Assembly: GCF_900079115.1 (NCBI RefSeq)
Contig: NZ_LT549890.1
Span: forward strand, 2,460,001 to 2,492,000
DNA from: Saccharolobus solfataricus
Lineage (GTDB): Archaea; Thermoproteota; Thermoprotei_A; Sulfolobales; Sulfolobaceae
DNA: 32,000 bases
Direction: 5' to 3'
Below the pieces are notes generated by a model, which was given only the letters and a program-made list of their open reading frames with translations, was not told where the DNA came from and ran no database searches. This document shows positions 21,258 through 30,355 of this stretch, piece after piece. The position numbers and the translations under genes were made by a program. The first letter of the stretch is position 1. Each line of letters begins with the position of its first letter.

Positions 21258-21695
21258 ATGACTAATGAGAGTATAAAATATATAGCCATAAAGATGCTGG
21301 CTGATAAAGCATATGTAGTTGATGCCATATATAGTTATCTAGTAGAGGGAGAAAGGCCAAGTGTACTAGCGTATAAATATGGGATAACAAAGCACACAAT
21401 TAGAGGAAACATAATGAGATTCGTAGAGAAGGCGGGTGGAGAGGGGAGGGCGAGAAAGTTAATAGCGCTAGTAAAGCAATCAAATGCCAAAGTAAGTCCT
21501 ATAGTGTATAAATCAGACGGAATGTACACGTGCCTCCTTTGCAATGAGAAACTTGATGAAGGTAAATTAGAAAAGCACATTACAACTAAGCATAAGGCCG
21601 AGTTACAAAGAGCAATAAATTATATTATGTCTAAGGTTGAAGGTAAGAAGAAACAAGAAGAGGCTAATAAGAAAGAAGTTGTTGTCAACGCTTAA
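21258..21695 (+). CDS. Putative DNA-binding protein: N-terminal HTH-like region plus C2H2-like zinc finger, Lys/Glu-rich tail
   Basis: 145 aa. SVLAYKYGITKHTIRGNIMRF is HTH-like. CLLCNEKLDEGKLEKHITTKH gives C-x2-C-x11-H-x4-H. Confidence 0.5.
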   Translation: MTNESIKYIAIKMLADKAYVVDAIYSYLVEGERPSVLAYKYGITKHTIRGNIMRFVEKAGGEGRARKLIALVKQSNAKVSPIVYKSDGMYTCLLCNEKLDEGKLEKHITTKHKAELQRAINYIMSKVEGKKKQEEANKKEVVVNA

Positions 21696-21777
21696 TAAAA
21701 GAGAATATTTTTAATTGATAAATATAGTTAATATATGTCACGATTTTTAAGTTATACTCCAACTTCTTTTATGAATG

Positions 21778-24024
21778 CTAAATTGGGACTAGGGACCATA
21801 AACTCACTATCACACTACTAAATCCCATCGCAAGTGCAGCATATTCCGGTGGTAACGTTATGAATGGGTAAAATACTCCTGCTGCAATAGGTATTATTGC
21901 TGTATTATAGCCAAAGGCCCATGCCAAATTCTCCTTAATTTTTCTAACTGCCAATTCAGTTTGCTCAAATAACCCTATTATGTCATCTAATGAATTAACC
22001 ACAACTTTACCAGCACTCTTAGCCAAATCAGTACCGCTAGAAATAGCTATACCTATGTCAGCTTCTCTCATAGCGATGGAATCATTTATTCCGTCACCTA
22101 TAAACATTACTTTATTGCCATTTTCCCTTAATTCCTTCACCAACTCCGCTTTATCATCTGGAGTTAACTCCTTACGAACTTCAACACCTAACTCCTTCCC
22201 TATTTCATCAGCATAATTACTACTATCTCCAGTTGCTATTATTATCCTAATTCCCCTTCCTTTCAGATAGCTTATTACCTTTTTGGCATCATCCCTGAGC
22301 TTATCCCTTATGTTAACTATCCCTCCAGCATTTCCATTAATGCAAATAAAAATATCTCCTTCATCTTCGACATTCCAGTTACAATTGTCCCTCACGAAAT
22401 CTTTACTCCCCACAATTACATCGTTACCATTTACTCTAGCATATATTCCTCTTCCAGGAAACTCCTCAAACTGCTCAATCTCTCCCGCTCTTACGTTCAT
22501 TTTATGGAATGCTTTAGCGATAGGATGTATACTTCTACTTTCTGCAATTGCAGCCAAATTTAACGCTCCTTCAATGAACTCCTTCTTACTAACAATTACA
22601 TATTCACCCTCAGTTACAGTACCAGTTTTGTCCAAGATTGCAACGTTGATATTTCTCATTTCCTCAAAAATACTACCATCCCTAATTATAATACCTCTTT
22701 TTAATGCTCTCCGAACACTAACTAACATTGCCATAGGCGATGCTAACCCTAGTGCACAAGGACACGCTGCAGCTAATACTGCTACACTGAAAAGTAGAGA
22801 AGAATAGAGGTTATAGTCCAAGACAAATTTCCAAACTAGGAACGTAAGTGCTGAGATGCTAATAACTATAGGCACAAATATTGAGGAAACTTTGTCCACT
22901 AGATTTTGGATGGAAACTCTTGTATTATAAGCCCCTCTTACACTCTCTGTTACTTGTACAATATAACTTCTATCCCAGTTTCTAGTAACGTATACTTCTA
23001 AGTAACCATTTACTAAAATACCACCAGCTAGGACGTTATCTCCTTTTTTCTTCAGTACTGGCTTCTGCTCTCCAGTAAGTATAGCCTCGTTTACTTCTCC
23101 TTCTCCATTCTCAATTATTCCATCAGCTGGTATTCTCTCTCCCGCCCTAACAATTACTACATCGCCTACTTTTAGTTCATTAGAGTTAACTACTCTTCCG
23201 TCTTTCAGAGTGGCTTTATAAGGTTCTATACGTATCTCTGCACTCATCTTAGCTTTAATATACGCTTCTAGTGTTTTACCCACAAGTATGAAGGTTATTA
23301 ATAATGAAGCGTCGGCGTAAAATGTGTTGTGAAGGAAAATACTAGAGAGCCACAATATGTTTGATGCTAAGGAGACTAGTACATCCATATTAGTAGTTTT
23401 ATTCTTTAATGCCCTATACGCACCTTTATGAAATCTTAATCCTGAGTAAAACTGTACTGCTATGGATACCAATATGCCAAAAAAGAATGGAAGTAGATAT
23501 GTTAAAGGTGTAAATATTATACCTACTGCCAATCTCCTTAATAAGTCATGGAAATCCTTATAGAGTATACTCTTTTCACTACGTTGTTCATTTACTATTT
23601 CCCCCTTAACTCCAGCTTCCTTTAATATCTCCTCTGGAGTAGTGGTCTCTGGATTGTACTCTACGCTCACTATTCCTAAACCTGGATTGGACTTTACATC
23701 AACTACCCCCTTAACGTTTTCGAATTTCCTCTCTATTTTAGGCATTTCCTCTGGGTTAACATTCAATTTTATAGTAAACTTCTCTGTTGCAACATCATAT
23801 CCAGCTTTTCTCACGGCCTTTACTAATTCCTTTAATCTTACATTACCACTTAGGATTACTTTTGCGCTCCCAGTTGCTAGATTTACTTCGGCATCTTTTA
23901 CACCACTAACTGACTTCAAAGATTTAGAGACAGTTGTTACGCATGTTGCACAATGCATCCCAACTATTCTTAGTTGTTCCTCATTATCTGTAATTCTTAG
24001 CTCTTCTTTCTTCTCAGTGGCCAT
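21778..24024 (-). CDS. copA: Copper-translocating P1B-type ATPase
   Basis: N-terminal HMA GMHCATCV, then TGE, CPC (AACPCALGLASP), DKTGT and GDGINDS. The track start at 24045 would lie inside copM. The ATG at 24024 (MATEKKEEL) overlaps the copM stop by 11 nt and is preferred. Confidence 0.9.
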   Translation of the reverse strand: MATEKKEELRITDNEEQLRIVGMHCATCVTTVSKSLKSVSGVKDAEVNLATGSAKVILSGNVRLKELVKAVRKAGYDVATEKFTIKLNVNPEEMPKIERKFENVKGVVDVKSNPGLGIVSVEYNPETTTPEEILKEAGVKGEIVNEQRSEKSILYKDFHDLLRRLAVGIIFTPLTYLLPFFFGILVSIAVQFYSGLRFHKGAYRALKNKTTNMDVLVSLASNILWLSSIFLHNTFYADASLLITFILVGKTLEAYIKAKMSAEIRIEPYKATLKDGRVVNSNELKVGDVVIVRAGERIPADGIIENGEGEVNEAILTGEQKPVLKKKGDNVLAGGILVNGYLEVYVTRNWDRSYIVQVTESVRGAYNTRVSIQNLVDKVSSIFVPIVISISALTFLVWKFVLDYNLYSSLLFSVAVLAAACPCALGLASPMAMLVSVRRALKRGIIIRDGSIFEEMRNINVAILDKTGTVTEGEYVIVSKKEFIEGALNLAAIAESRSIHPIAKAFHKMNVRAGEIEQFEEFPGRGIYARVNGNDVIVGSKDFVRDNCNWNVEDEGDIFICINGNAGGIVNIRDKLRDDAKKVISYLKGRGIRIIIATGDSSNYADEIGKELGVEVRKELTPDDKAELVKELRENGNKVMFIGDGINDSIAMREADIGIAISSGTDLAKSAGKVVVNSLDDIIGLFEQTELAVRKIKENLAWAFGYNTAIIPIAAGVFYPFITLPPEYAALAMGFSSVIVSLWSLVPI

Positions 24025-24184
24025 GTGGCATTCCCTTAGGTCCATTCCTTAAATACTCTTCCGGATTTCTCTGAAACTCCCTTAGACAATGAGATGAGCA
24101 GAAATAGTAGATTTTTCCCTTATACATTGTCTTATATTGACTTTTCTCATCTACTTCCATTCCACAAACCGGATCGATTATCAT
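24014..24184 (-). CDS. copM: TRASH/YHS-domain copper metallochaperone (56 aa)
   Basis: Absent from the supplied track because it is under 60 aa. My own translation gives MIIDPVCGMEVDEKSQYKTMYKGKIYYFCSSHCLREFQRNPEEYLRNGPKGMPHGH*. DPVCGM...YYFCS..C...F is the TRASH/YHS metal-binding pattern. It sits between copR and copA, as in the described Sulfolobus cop cluster. Confidence 0.8.
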   Translation of the reverse strand: MIIDPVCGMEVDEKSQYKTMYKGKIYYFCSSHCLREFQRNPEEYLRNGPKGMPHGH

Positions 24185-24200
24185 AATACTAATTATTGCT

Positions 24201-24212
24201 TTTATTATAAAG
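24201..24212 (-). promoter_or_regulatory. Candidate TATA box of the copM-copA promoter
   Basis: The minus strand reads CTTTATAATAAA, centred about 22 nt upstream of the copM ATG. This is consistent with a leaderless or short-leader archaeal transcript. Confidence 0.4.
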
Positions 24213-24274
24213 AACCTTTTCTTCTGTAAATTTGTATCTATATATTGTTGATTACAGTCAAAATGACTCTAAAA

Positions 24275-24766
24275 CTAATGTAAGTGCAAGCCATTGTTGC
24301 GTGCAAATTTTTCCTTTAATCCAGACAAGCAAGAATTGCAACAAGCATAATACGTTTTCCTTCCTACCTTATAGGTCAAGGGATTATCATATATTTCCTT
24401 ACCGCAGTAATCACATTTAACTACAAAACTGCTCTTGCCTATGAAAACTAAATCCTTTTCTTTTACATTTTTTAACTTATTTTCTAAATCTTCTAAAGTG
24501 TTAGCTCTTATCATGTTAATAAATCTACCATCCAACAGTTTGTAACACTCGTCACTTTGACAAGATTCAGAAATGGCGAAGGCAATAAATGGCTCATTCT
24601 GAAATTTAATAGTGAATTTAACCCCTCTTCTTTTAAGGTTCCTCAAAAGTCTTGTGGCAGTGCTCCTACTGATATTAAGCCTTTTTGATAGTTCAGTGAC
24701 ACTTATCCTAGAATCTTCTCTTAAAATCTCCAGCGCTCTAAACTCTAAATCTGTCAACTTTTCCAT
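24275..24766 (-). CDS. copR: Copper-responsive transcription regulator: Lrp/AsnC-type HTH plus C-terminal TRASH domain
   Basis: 163 aa. LEILREDSRISVTELSKRLNISRSTATRLLRNL (HTH). C-terminal CDYCGKEI...YYACCNSCLSGL (TRASH Cys pattern). Confidence 0.8.
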   Translation of the reverse strand: MEKLTDLEFRALEILREDSRISVTELSKRLNISRSTATRLLRNLKRRGVKFTIKFQNEPFIAFAISESCQSDECYKLLDGRFINMIRANTLEDLENKLKNVKEKDLVFIGKSSFVVKCDYCGKEIYDNPLTYKVGRKTYYACCNSCLSGLKEKFARNNGLHLH

Positions 24767-24777
24767 AGAGTTCTTCT

Positions 24778-25437
24778 TTACTTAGGCCGTTTTAAATTTG
24801 TTTTTCTCATATTGCCAAGTATAAGGTTAACTACTCTATTATAAATTGTTGTAATTAACTTTTCTAGATTCGTCGCAGTTAAGGCTATTGCTATTCCTAA
24901 TATCCATCCAACTAGTACATCTAAAGGCCAATGAACTCCTACATAAACTCTAGAGTAACTGGTAAGTAGAGCCTCTATAAATAATGGTATCGATATGTAA
25001 TACGGTAACGTTAAGAGCACTATCACTGCACCCACAGCCACTATCAGAGCGTGTCCTGAAGGATAGGAATAATCAGTAGGTTCTGGAACTAGTAAATTTA
25101 TATTATGCAGTATTAGAAATGGTCTTGGCTGAGCCATTACATATTTTGATACCTCTCCTAGAATTATAGCTATTATAAATCCGCCAACTAGTAGTAATGA
25201 ACTTCTCCTAAACTTCCCACCCATAATGAATAAAATTGCAGTTACTGGTATCCAAATATACTCTCTGCCGTATTTGCTAAAAAATATCATGATAGGATTT
25301 AGTGCTGGAAGTTGTGAGTGATTGATTAAATAAAAGAAATATACGTTTCCAAGAAAATTAACTTCTCCTATAATTTTAACTACTATAGATATAATAATAT
25401 ATAATGCATAAATTATCGCTATATACTTCCATTTCAT
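24778..25437 (-). CDS. PAP2-family membrane phosphatase
   Basis: 219 aa, multi-TM. The three PAP2 motifs are KYVMAQPRP (Kx6RP), PSGH and SRVYVGVHWPLD (SRx5Hx3D). Confidence 0.8.
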   Translation of the reverse strand: MKWKYIAIIYALYIIISIVVKIIGEVNFLGNVYFFYLINHSQLPALNPIMIFFSKYGREYIWIPVTAILFIMGGKFRRSSLLLVGGFIIAIILGEVSKYVMAQPRPFLILHNINLLVPEPTDYSYPSGHALIVAVGAVIVLLTLPYYISIPLFIEALLTSYSRVYVGVHWPLDVLVGWILGIAIALTATNLEKLITTIYNRVVNLILGNMRKTNLKRPK

Positions 25438-25652
25438 ACCTAACAGTCAATCATAGAATTATTTAGTATATATAGTTAATCCAAAAGCGCGTTTTCAATG
25501 TTGTATATTTTTATATATTTCTGTTAAATCTATTTAACAAATATTCGGAAGTTATTTAACAATAACGACAGATGCGCCGCAATACAGATTATAATCTTTT
25601 ACTTTAACTTCGATTACAAGCAAAAAGAAAATTTTAAAAATTTATAAACCTT

Positions 25653-25847
25653 TCATATCTTGTTTATCCCTTTAAAGAGTATTACGAATATAACGCTCGC
25701 TAAGATCATGTATAATGTTGCCATTATTACACTTGTAGGGTCAACTCCTATGTTTCGTGCTGAAATAAAGTTAAGAGGTAGGGAAAGTACTATAAAAAAT
25801 AAAGCCATCATTCCAGCTATAATTCCAGCCATAGTATATCTTTTCAT
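25653..25847 (-). CDS. Small 2-TM membrane protein, last gene of the sox operon
   Basis: 64 aa with two hydrophobic helices. Its ATG immediately follows the TAA of the 40-aa ORF upstream (TAAATG). Confidence 0.45.
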   Translation of the reverse strand: MKRYTMAGIIAGMMALFFIVLSLPLNFISARNIGVDPTSVIMATLYMILASVIFVILFKGINKI

Positions 25848-25970
25848 TTACCTCACCAGCATGGCAATGATTTTAACAGAGTCCCATAGCAAATTATATG
25901 CCATAAACCCAGCCATGAACGCTGTAGCTCCGAATATTAGAGCCAAAATTGCAATACCTAACTTATTCAT
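25848..25970 (-). CDS. soxD: 40-aa single-TM protein, SoxD-like small oxidase subunit candidate
   Basis: Not in the track. My own translation gives MNKLGIAILALIFGATAFMAGFMAYNLLWDSVKIIAMLVR*. It starts 13 nt after the soxC stop, with GGTGGG upstream. The size and position match my recollection of SoxD in the soxABCD operon. Confidence 0.5.
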   Translation of the reverse strand: MNKLGIAILALIFGATAFMAGFMAYNLLWDSVKIIAMLVR

Positions 25971-25983
25971 TTATCCCACCCCA

Positions 25984-27657
25984 CTATTTAACATAAATTT
26001 CATAATGATAAAGTTGAACTGCTATCCCCCATAGCATTAAGATTACGCCTAGGTCCATTCCAGCATACGTTGACTGCGGTCCTATACTCGGTAAGGTCCA
26101 CATTAGGCCCAATAATAATAAGGAAACAATGAAAATTATTATAATTCCATAAAATGCGGCTTTCTTGCTCCAACTGGTCGCTATATTGTTACCTATAGCG
26201 GCTACTGGTTTTCTCCCAAGTATAAAAGCGGCGACTCTTCTTAACATGTATATTGTAAGTAATATAACTGGTATTAAAATGATTCCATTCACGACAGTAG
26301 GAAATTCTAAGAAGTTTACAAATGTTCCTGCCAAGGATAAGGAGGATACACTAGCTAACAGTATTTCCATAGGAGTAATGTTCATTTTAATTACTTTAGT
26401 CTCAGATTTTGAAACTGGGGTATTACCTTGTTTTACTGGCCATAAGTATACAATTATCCCTATAATAACTAACGGTAAACCTAAGTATTCTATCTCTTGT
26501 GAGAATGGAACTGGAACACCAGGTTCCAAGTATCCCCATACTGATAGTTCTATGAGATATATCGCCAAAGTAGAAACTATCCAAGTCCAGAACTTTCTTT
26601 TAGTAACACGTAAATCGTCACTGGGATCCAAGAAGGGAAGGAATATTAGAATTAGAAGACCTATAATGAGAACTGCTAAAACCAATATTGGAGTTATTGG
26701 CATTCCATTAGGTAGAAGGAAGTCAACAAACTTGTAGAGGAATAAGAAGAACCATGGGGGATATGGTTGTACACTGGTAGACTCTGGTGATCCCGCTTGT
26801 GGGGCCGGGTAAGGATTTATAACTATTGGTAATCCATTGATATTTGCTAGTAAGTTAGGAACAAATAGTATTATACCCCATGTTAATAATACGATTGATA
26901 ACATATAAACAAAGTTTCTAGGCCACCATTCATTAAATCTCTGCTGTTCTTCTTTCGTGTAGTATGCGGGGACTTTAGGTTTATCCCTAGCTGAGGGTGT
27001 CATTCCATATCTCTCCGCTAACATGAAGTGAAATAGGAATAGAACTCCCAGTAGAAATACCAACAATATATGCCATCCTAACAATCTATCAAATAATTCG
27101 GATCTCACTAATGGATCTGATGATAATGCAGCACTTCCTCCAGGACCAAATAACCAACCTACTATGGTTGTTGCGCCAGGTATACCAGTACCAACTAATA
27201 ACTGATCTCCAATATCTATCGCATTGACTCCAAGAACATCACTGACTAAGCTATATCCGAAGAATGATGCCCCTAGTGTTAACAATAATAGAATCACTCC
27301 AGTTATCCATTGTAATTCTCTTGGTTTTTTATAAGCCCCCTTATAGAAGTTTCTGAACATGTGTATATATGCCAAGATAATCATAATGTATGCTCCATAT
27401 AAGTGACTAAATAATAAGACTGGGCCATACGGAACGCTGGAAATTATACTTTGTGTTGACTGGTACGCGTAGGCTGGTTGATAATACATTAAGAGGAATA
27501 GACCAGTTATAACAGTATATATGAAAGCCGCAGCTACCATTGCACCTAGCCAATAGGATATATTATACATGTAATCCGGTGTCTTAAATAATGGCGCTTC
27601 AGTTACACCTACTCTATCAATTATCGTATCTATAATACCTTTTTTTTCCTCACCCAT
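25984..27657 (-). CDS. soxC: Di-haem cytochrome b-like subunit of the SoxABCD quinol oxidase
   Basis: 557 aa, polytopic. Paired His in helix B (HLYGAYIMIILAYIH, Hx13H) and helix D (HILLVFLLGVLFLFH, Hx13H). 8-nt overlap with soxB. Confidence 0.85.
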   Translation of the reverse strand: MGEEKKGIIDTIIDRVGVTEAPLFKTPDYMYNISYWLGAMVAAAFIYTVITGLFLLMYYQPAYAYQSTQSIISSVPYGPVLLFSHLYGAYIMIILAYIHMFRNFYKGAYKKPRELQWITGVILLLLTLGASFFGYSLVSDVLGVNAIDIGDQLLVGTGIPGATTIVGWLFGPGGSAALSSDPLVRSELFDRLLGWHILLVFLLGVLFLFHFMLAERYGMTPSARDKPKVPAYYTKEEQQRFNEWWPRNFVYMLSIVLLTWGIILFVPNLLANINGLPIVINPYPAPQAGSPESTSVQPYPPWFFLFLYKFVDFLLPNGMPITPILVLAVLIIGLLILIFLPFLDPSDDLRVTKRKFWTWIVSTLAIYLIELSVWGYLEPGVPVPFSQEIEYLGLPLVIIGIIVYLWPVKQGNTPVSKSETKVIKMNITPMEILLASVSSLSLAGTFVNFLEFPTVVNGIILIPVILLTIYMLRRVAAFILGRKPVAAIGNNIATSWSKKAAFYGIIIIFIVSLLLLGLMWTLPSIGPQSTYAGMDLGVILMLWGIAVQLYHYEIYVK

Positions 27658-29185
27658 TGTTTTTCACCCCATCTTTAGCCATTACGGGTAAATTAGAGGG
27701 AGAAGTTGAGGGAGAAGGAGATGAAAAAATACCTTGTTTAGAAGCATAAGCCAATGCATCGACAATTGCCACAAAGATTGTGACTAATAGTCCCGGAATC
27801 CCTATTTCAGCTAGCATTGATTCCAATAGGTTATAGGGTTGAAATACTGATGGATACGCTATCATTCTTCTCAGCATTCCTAGATAACCAATTACTGACA
27901 TCGTATATCCTACACCTAAAAATGGTGCAGTCCACCATATCATCCCAATTCTCATCCATTTAGAGGCTTGCTCGCTAAAGTTGAACCCACCAAATGTGCT
28001 TTTTAGCATATCCAAAAATACTGTAGTGAAGCCCATTACTATTAAAGTCCATATCATTAAGTGGAAATGTCCTACTACATAATAGGTATTGTGGAATAGT
28101 GGATTTATTGAATTCTCTGGTAAAACGAGTGCTTGAACACCAGCTAATATGAATCCTACTAATGCAATTAGTCCTCCCATTCCTACTGGATCTTTCCAAT
28201 TATATTTTTGAGAAAGAAGTATTGTGAGTCCCAAATTCAATACGGTAAGACCAGATCCCGAGGCTAAAATTAATGTGGATAAGTTTACCCATATTCTCAA
28301 GTCTATTGGTAATGGCCATGTTTGTAGGTGGTGAACCCATATAAGCATTGAGCCTATTGATAGCAAGTATATATTCCATCTAGCCCACTTTTCACTGAAG
28401 AGAGATCTTCCAGCATATTTCGGAATATAGTAGTATAATGCACCAAATAACGGGAATGGAACGTAATATACTACTGGATGCCCATAGAACCAAAATAGCA
28501 ATGCCCACAGTAATGGGTTCACTGGAACTCCTGCAAAGAAATACAGTGTGTACCAAAGCGTTGATGCAGCAAGAGCGGGAAGCGTTATTGCAATAACTAT
28601 TGCAAAGGCTACTCCATAAGCTCCAAAAATGTTTAGTCTTTCATTTTTTGGCTTTGTTGCATATGCATCTGCAATAAGTATTATGAACATTGCAGTCTGT
28701 AGTATGAAAGCTAAGGTTAAGGATAGATATGCCATCCCCATTAGAGCTGGTGTAGTATAGAATAGAAAAGCGTGGAAGTTACTACCAGACTCTATCGCCA
28801 ATGGAGGGTACATATACCAACCCATATCTGGTGATCCAGCTAGTCCAATCGCTAAGAAGATATTAGACAACCAGAAGAAAATTGCCATTAACTTAGTGTG
28901 AACTATAGATAAGTTACTCTTATACATTGCAAATGCTATAACAGCAGCTGCAGCTAAAGGTACAAATCCGAACATACCAGCCCAGCCGTGAATGGTTAAT
29001 GCACTGTAGTATAGTTCTCCCACGTTGGGGGAATTACTATTATATGTCAAGTACGTTCTCAGATTCATGGCTGCTATTCCCAGAACTCCTAGCCAGAATA
29101 TAGAACCTATAGTGTAAAGCCAAACTACGTTTAACGTATTTTTAGGGATAACAGTATCCTTTATCTGATTTAAAAGTTGGCTCAT
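27650..29185 (-). CDS. soxB: Haem-copper oxidase subunit I
   Basis: 511 aa. WFYGHPVVYY (CuB His / cross-linked Tyr region), WVHHLQ (CuB His pair), VVGHFHLMIW (haem ligands). Confidence 0.9.
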   Translation of the reverse strand: MSQLLNQIKDTVIPKNTLNVVWLYTIGSIFWLGVLGIAAMNLRTYLTYNSNSPNVGELYYSALTIHGWAGMFGFVPLAAAAVIAFAMYKSNLSIVHTKLMAIFFWLSNIFLAIGLAGSPDMGWYMYPPLAIESGSNFHAFLFYTTPALMGMAYLSLTLAFILQTAMFIILIADAYATKPKNERLNIFGAYGVAFAIVIAITLPALAASTLWYTLYFFAGVPVNPLLWALLFWFYGHPVVYYVPFPLFGALYYYIPKYAGRSLFSEKWARWNIYLLSIGSMLIWVHHLQTWPLPIDLRIWVNLSTLILASGSGLTVLNLGLTILLSQKYNWKDPVGMGGLIALVGFILAGVQALVLPENSINPLFHNTYYVVGHFHLMIWTLIVMGFTTVFLDMLKSTFGGFNFSEQASKWMRIGMIWWTAPFLGVGYTMSVIGYLGMLRRMIAYPSVFQPYNLLESMLAEIGIPGLLVTIFVAIVDALAYASKQGIFSSPSPSTSPSNLPVMAKDGVKNNG

Positions 29186-29691
29186 GATACCACCTCCAAA
29201 GTTCCAGTCATGTATGATGAAGAGTAGCCATCATATTCCGCATTATACCATGTGTAATTCCCTGGCTGATTGGGAGTTACGAAATAAACGTAACTTGTAA
29301 TTCCAGGCACATTATTAACGTTAATTAATCCATTTGGAAGTCTTAGGTAGAATCCAGTATCTACTTGAGGGGAATTTATTATTAATACTACTGGTTCACT
29401 TACATTAGCTATGATAACGTTGGGAATCCATCTGTATTGCACTGCAGTGAGATTTACTACTAGTGTACCGTTTATAACTTCAGAGTACTCACCAGAAGGT
29501 GGTGGGTGAGCTTCGAAATACTTTACTATTTCTTGAGCTTGTGGAGGTAATCCTGAAAACTCTGGTAAACCGTATCTTAAACTAAAGCTCTTTCCAGTCA
29601 AAATGTAATAGACATTCCAACTGAAGAATGTTGCAACCAAGATCAACATAATTATAAACCACACTTCTTCAGCGTGTTCCTTAATATCCAT
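29182..29691 (-). CDS. soxA: Quinol oxidase subunit II-like protein lacking CuA ligands
   Basis: 169 aa with one N-terminal TM and a cupredoxin-like C-terminus. The protein contains no cysteine at all, so no CuA centre is possible. ATGA overlap with soxB. Confidence 0.8.
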   Translation of the reverse strand: MDIKEHAEEVWFIIMLILVATFFSWNVYYILTGKSFSLRYGLPEFSGLPPQAQEIVKYFEAHPPPSGEYSEVINGTLVVNLTAVQYRWIPNVIIANVSEPVVLIINSPQVDTGFYLRLPNGLINVNNVPGITSYVYFVTPNQPGNYTWYNAEYDGYSSSYMTGTLEVVS

Positions 29692-29725
29692 ACTTTACAC
29701 CTAATTCTTTTTTAGAGTATTGAGG

Positions 29726-29733
29726 CTTATAAA
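29726..29733 (-). promoter_or_regulatory. Candidate TATA box of the soxABCD promoter
   Basis: The minus strand reads TTTATAAG about 35-42 nt upstream of the soxA ATG. AGGTG lies 8 nt upstream of the ATG. It overlaps the repeated AAATCTTT motif. Confidence 0.3.
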
Positions 29734-30046
29734 TCTTTATTTGAAATCTTTCGAAGATTTAATAACTTAAACTCTGTTAAAGTTGAGTTAATTAAAACTA
29801 GAATTACATAACATAATATACTATAAGAAAAATTGTAGGTATTCGCATTCACTATTAATCGGAAACTGGTTTACTAACTCAATATTTTTACCTAAATATA
29901 AATATATATGTTATTTACTTTATCATATAATTTCTAACACGTAAAGGTTAGTGCTTATTTTTACTTATTTATTTAGTTAATTTCATTGCATAATAAATTA
30001 CCTCGTAAAAGAGGGAGTGTTCTCATGTAGTCATCTTATTCGATAA

Positions 30047-30355
30047 TTAGTAGTAAAATTCTATCAAGTTTTCTCTAATATACTGTACTCCCTTCAAGTA
30101 TGCCTCGTTTAAGGGAGTTCTCCCCCTTGAGAAGATATGAGGATATATTACATTCAACAAGGCCAAACTGTATTCCGTCATCCTCATACTCCTAGTAACA
30201 GCTTTAGTATCCCTAGCCAGCCTCGCCAAATGAGACCTACACCAAGAATTATGACTCTCCACAAGATAAGTATACTTCTTACCCACTACACGATTATCGA
30301 GAACTTGATAAACACAGTAATAATCAGTATAGTTGACCTTACTCCTTGTGAATCT
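30047..30355 (-). pseudogene. C-terminal remnant of an IS1-family-like transposase
   Basis: The track ORF 30047-30469 (-) contains YTDYYCVYQVLDNRVVGKKYTYLVESHNSWCRSHLARLARDTKAVTRSMRM. This parallels the IS1 InsB C-terminus (TDGW..Y...[29 protein letters not shown]). The N-terminal ~40 codons of the ORF are AT-rich non-homologous sequence, and no catalytic N-terminal part is present. Confidence 0.55.

Noticed and set aside
24025-24045. Upstream copA start at 24045 (MDLRECH-MATEKK)
   Set aside because: These seven extra codons lie entirely within the copM coding sequence. The ATG at 24024 gives the classic overlapping stop/start arrangement.
21335-24420. ORFs 21335-21580 (-), 21980-22216 (+), 22283-22807 (+), 23642-24052 (+) and 24232-24420 (+)
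   Set aside because: They lie antisense to the HTH/C2H2 gene, copA, copM and copR. The long open antisense frames in copA are Ser/Leu/Pro/Thr-rich and carry no motifs.
25531-25562. Direct repeat TATTTAACAA (25531-25540 and 25553-25562) between the sox operon end and the PAP2 start
   Set aside because: It is a 10-bp AT-only repeat in an AT-rich intergenic region. The chance expectation is too high to call it a regulatory site without comparative data.
25660-26737. Plus-strand ORFs 25660-26034 and 26165-26737
   Set aside because: They lie antisense to soxC and to the two small membrane ORFs. Hydrophobic genes commonly generate long hydrophobic-looking shadow ORFs.
27975-28199. 74-aa alternative-frame ORF inside soxB
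   Set aside because: It is out of frame within a motif-rich haem-copper oxidase subunit I gene.
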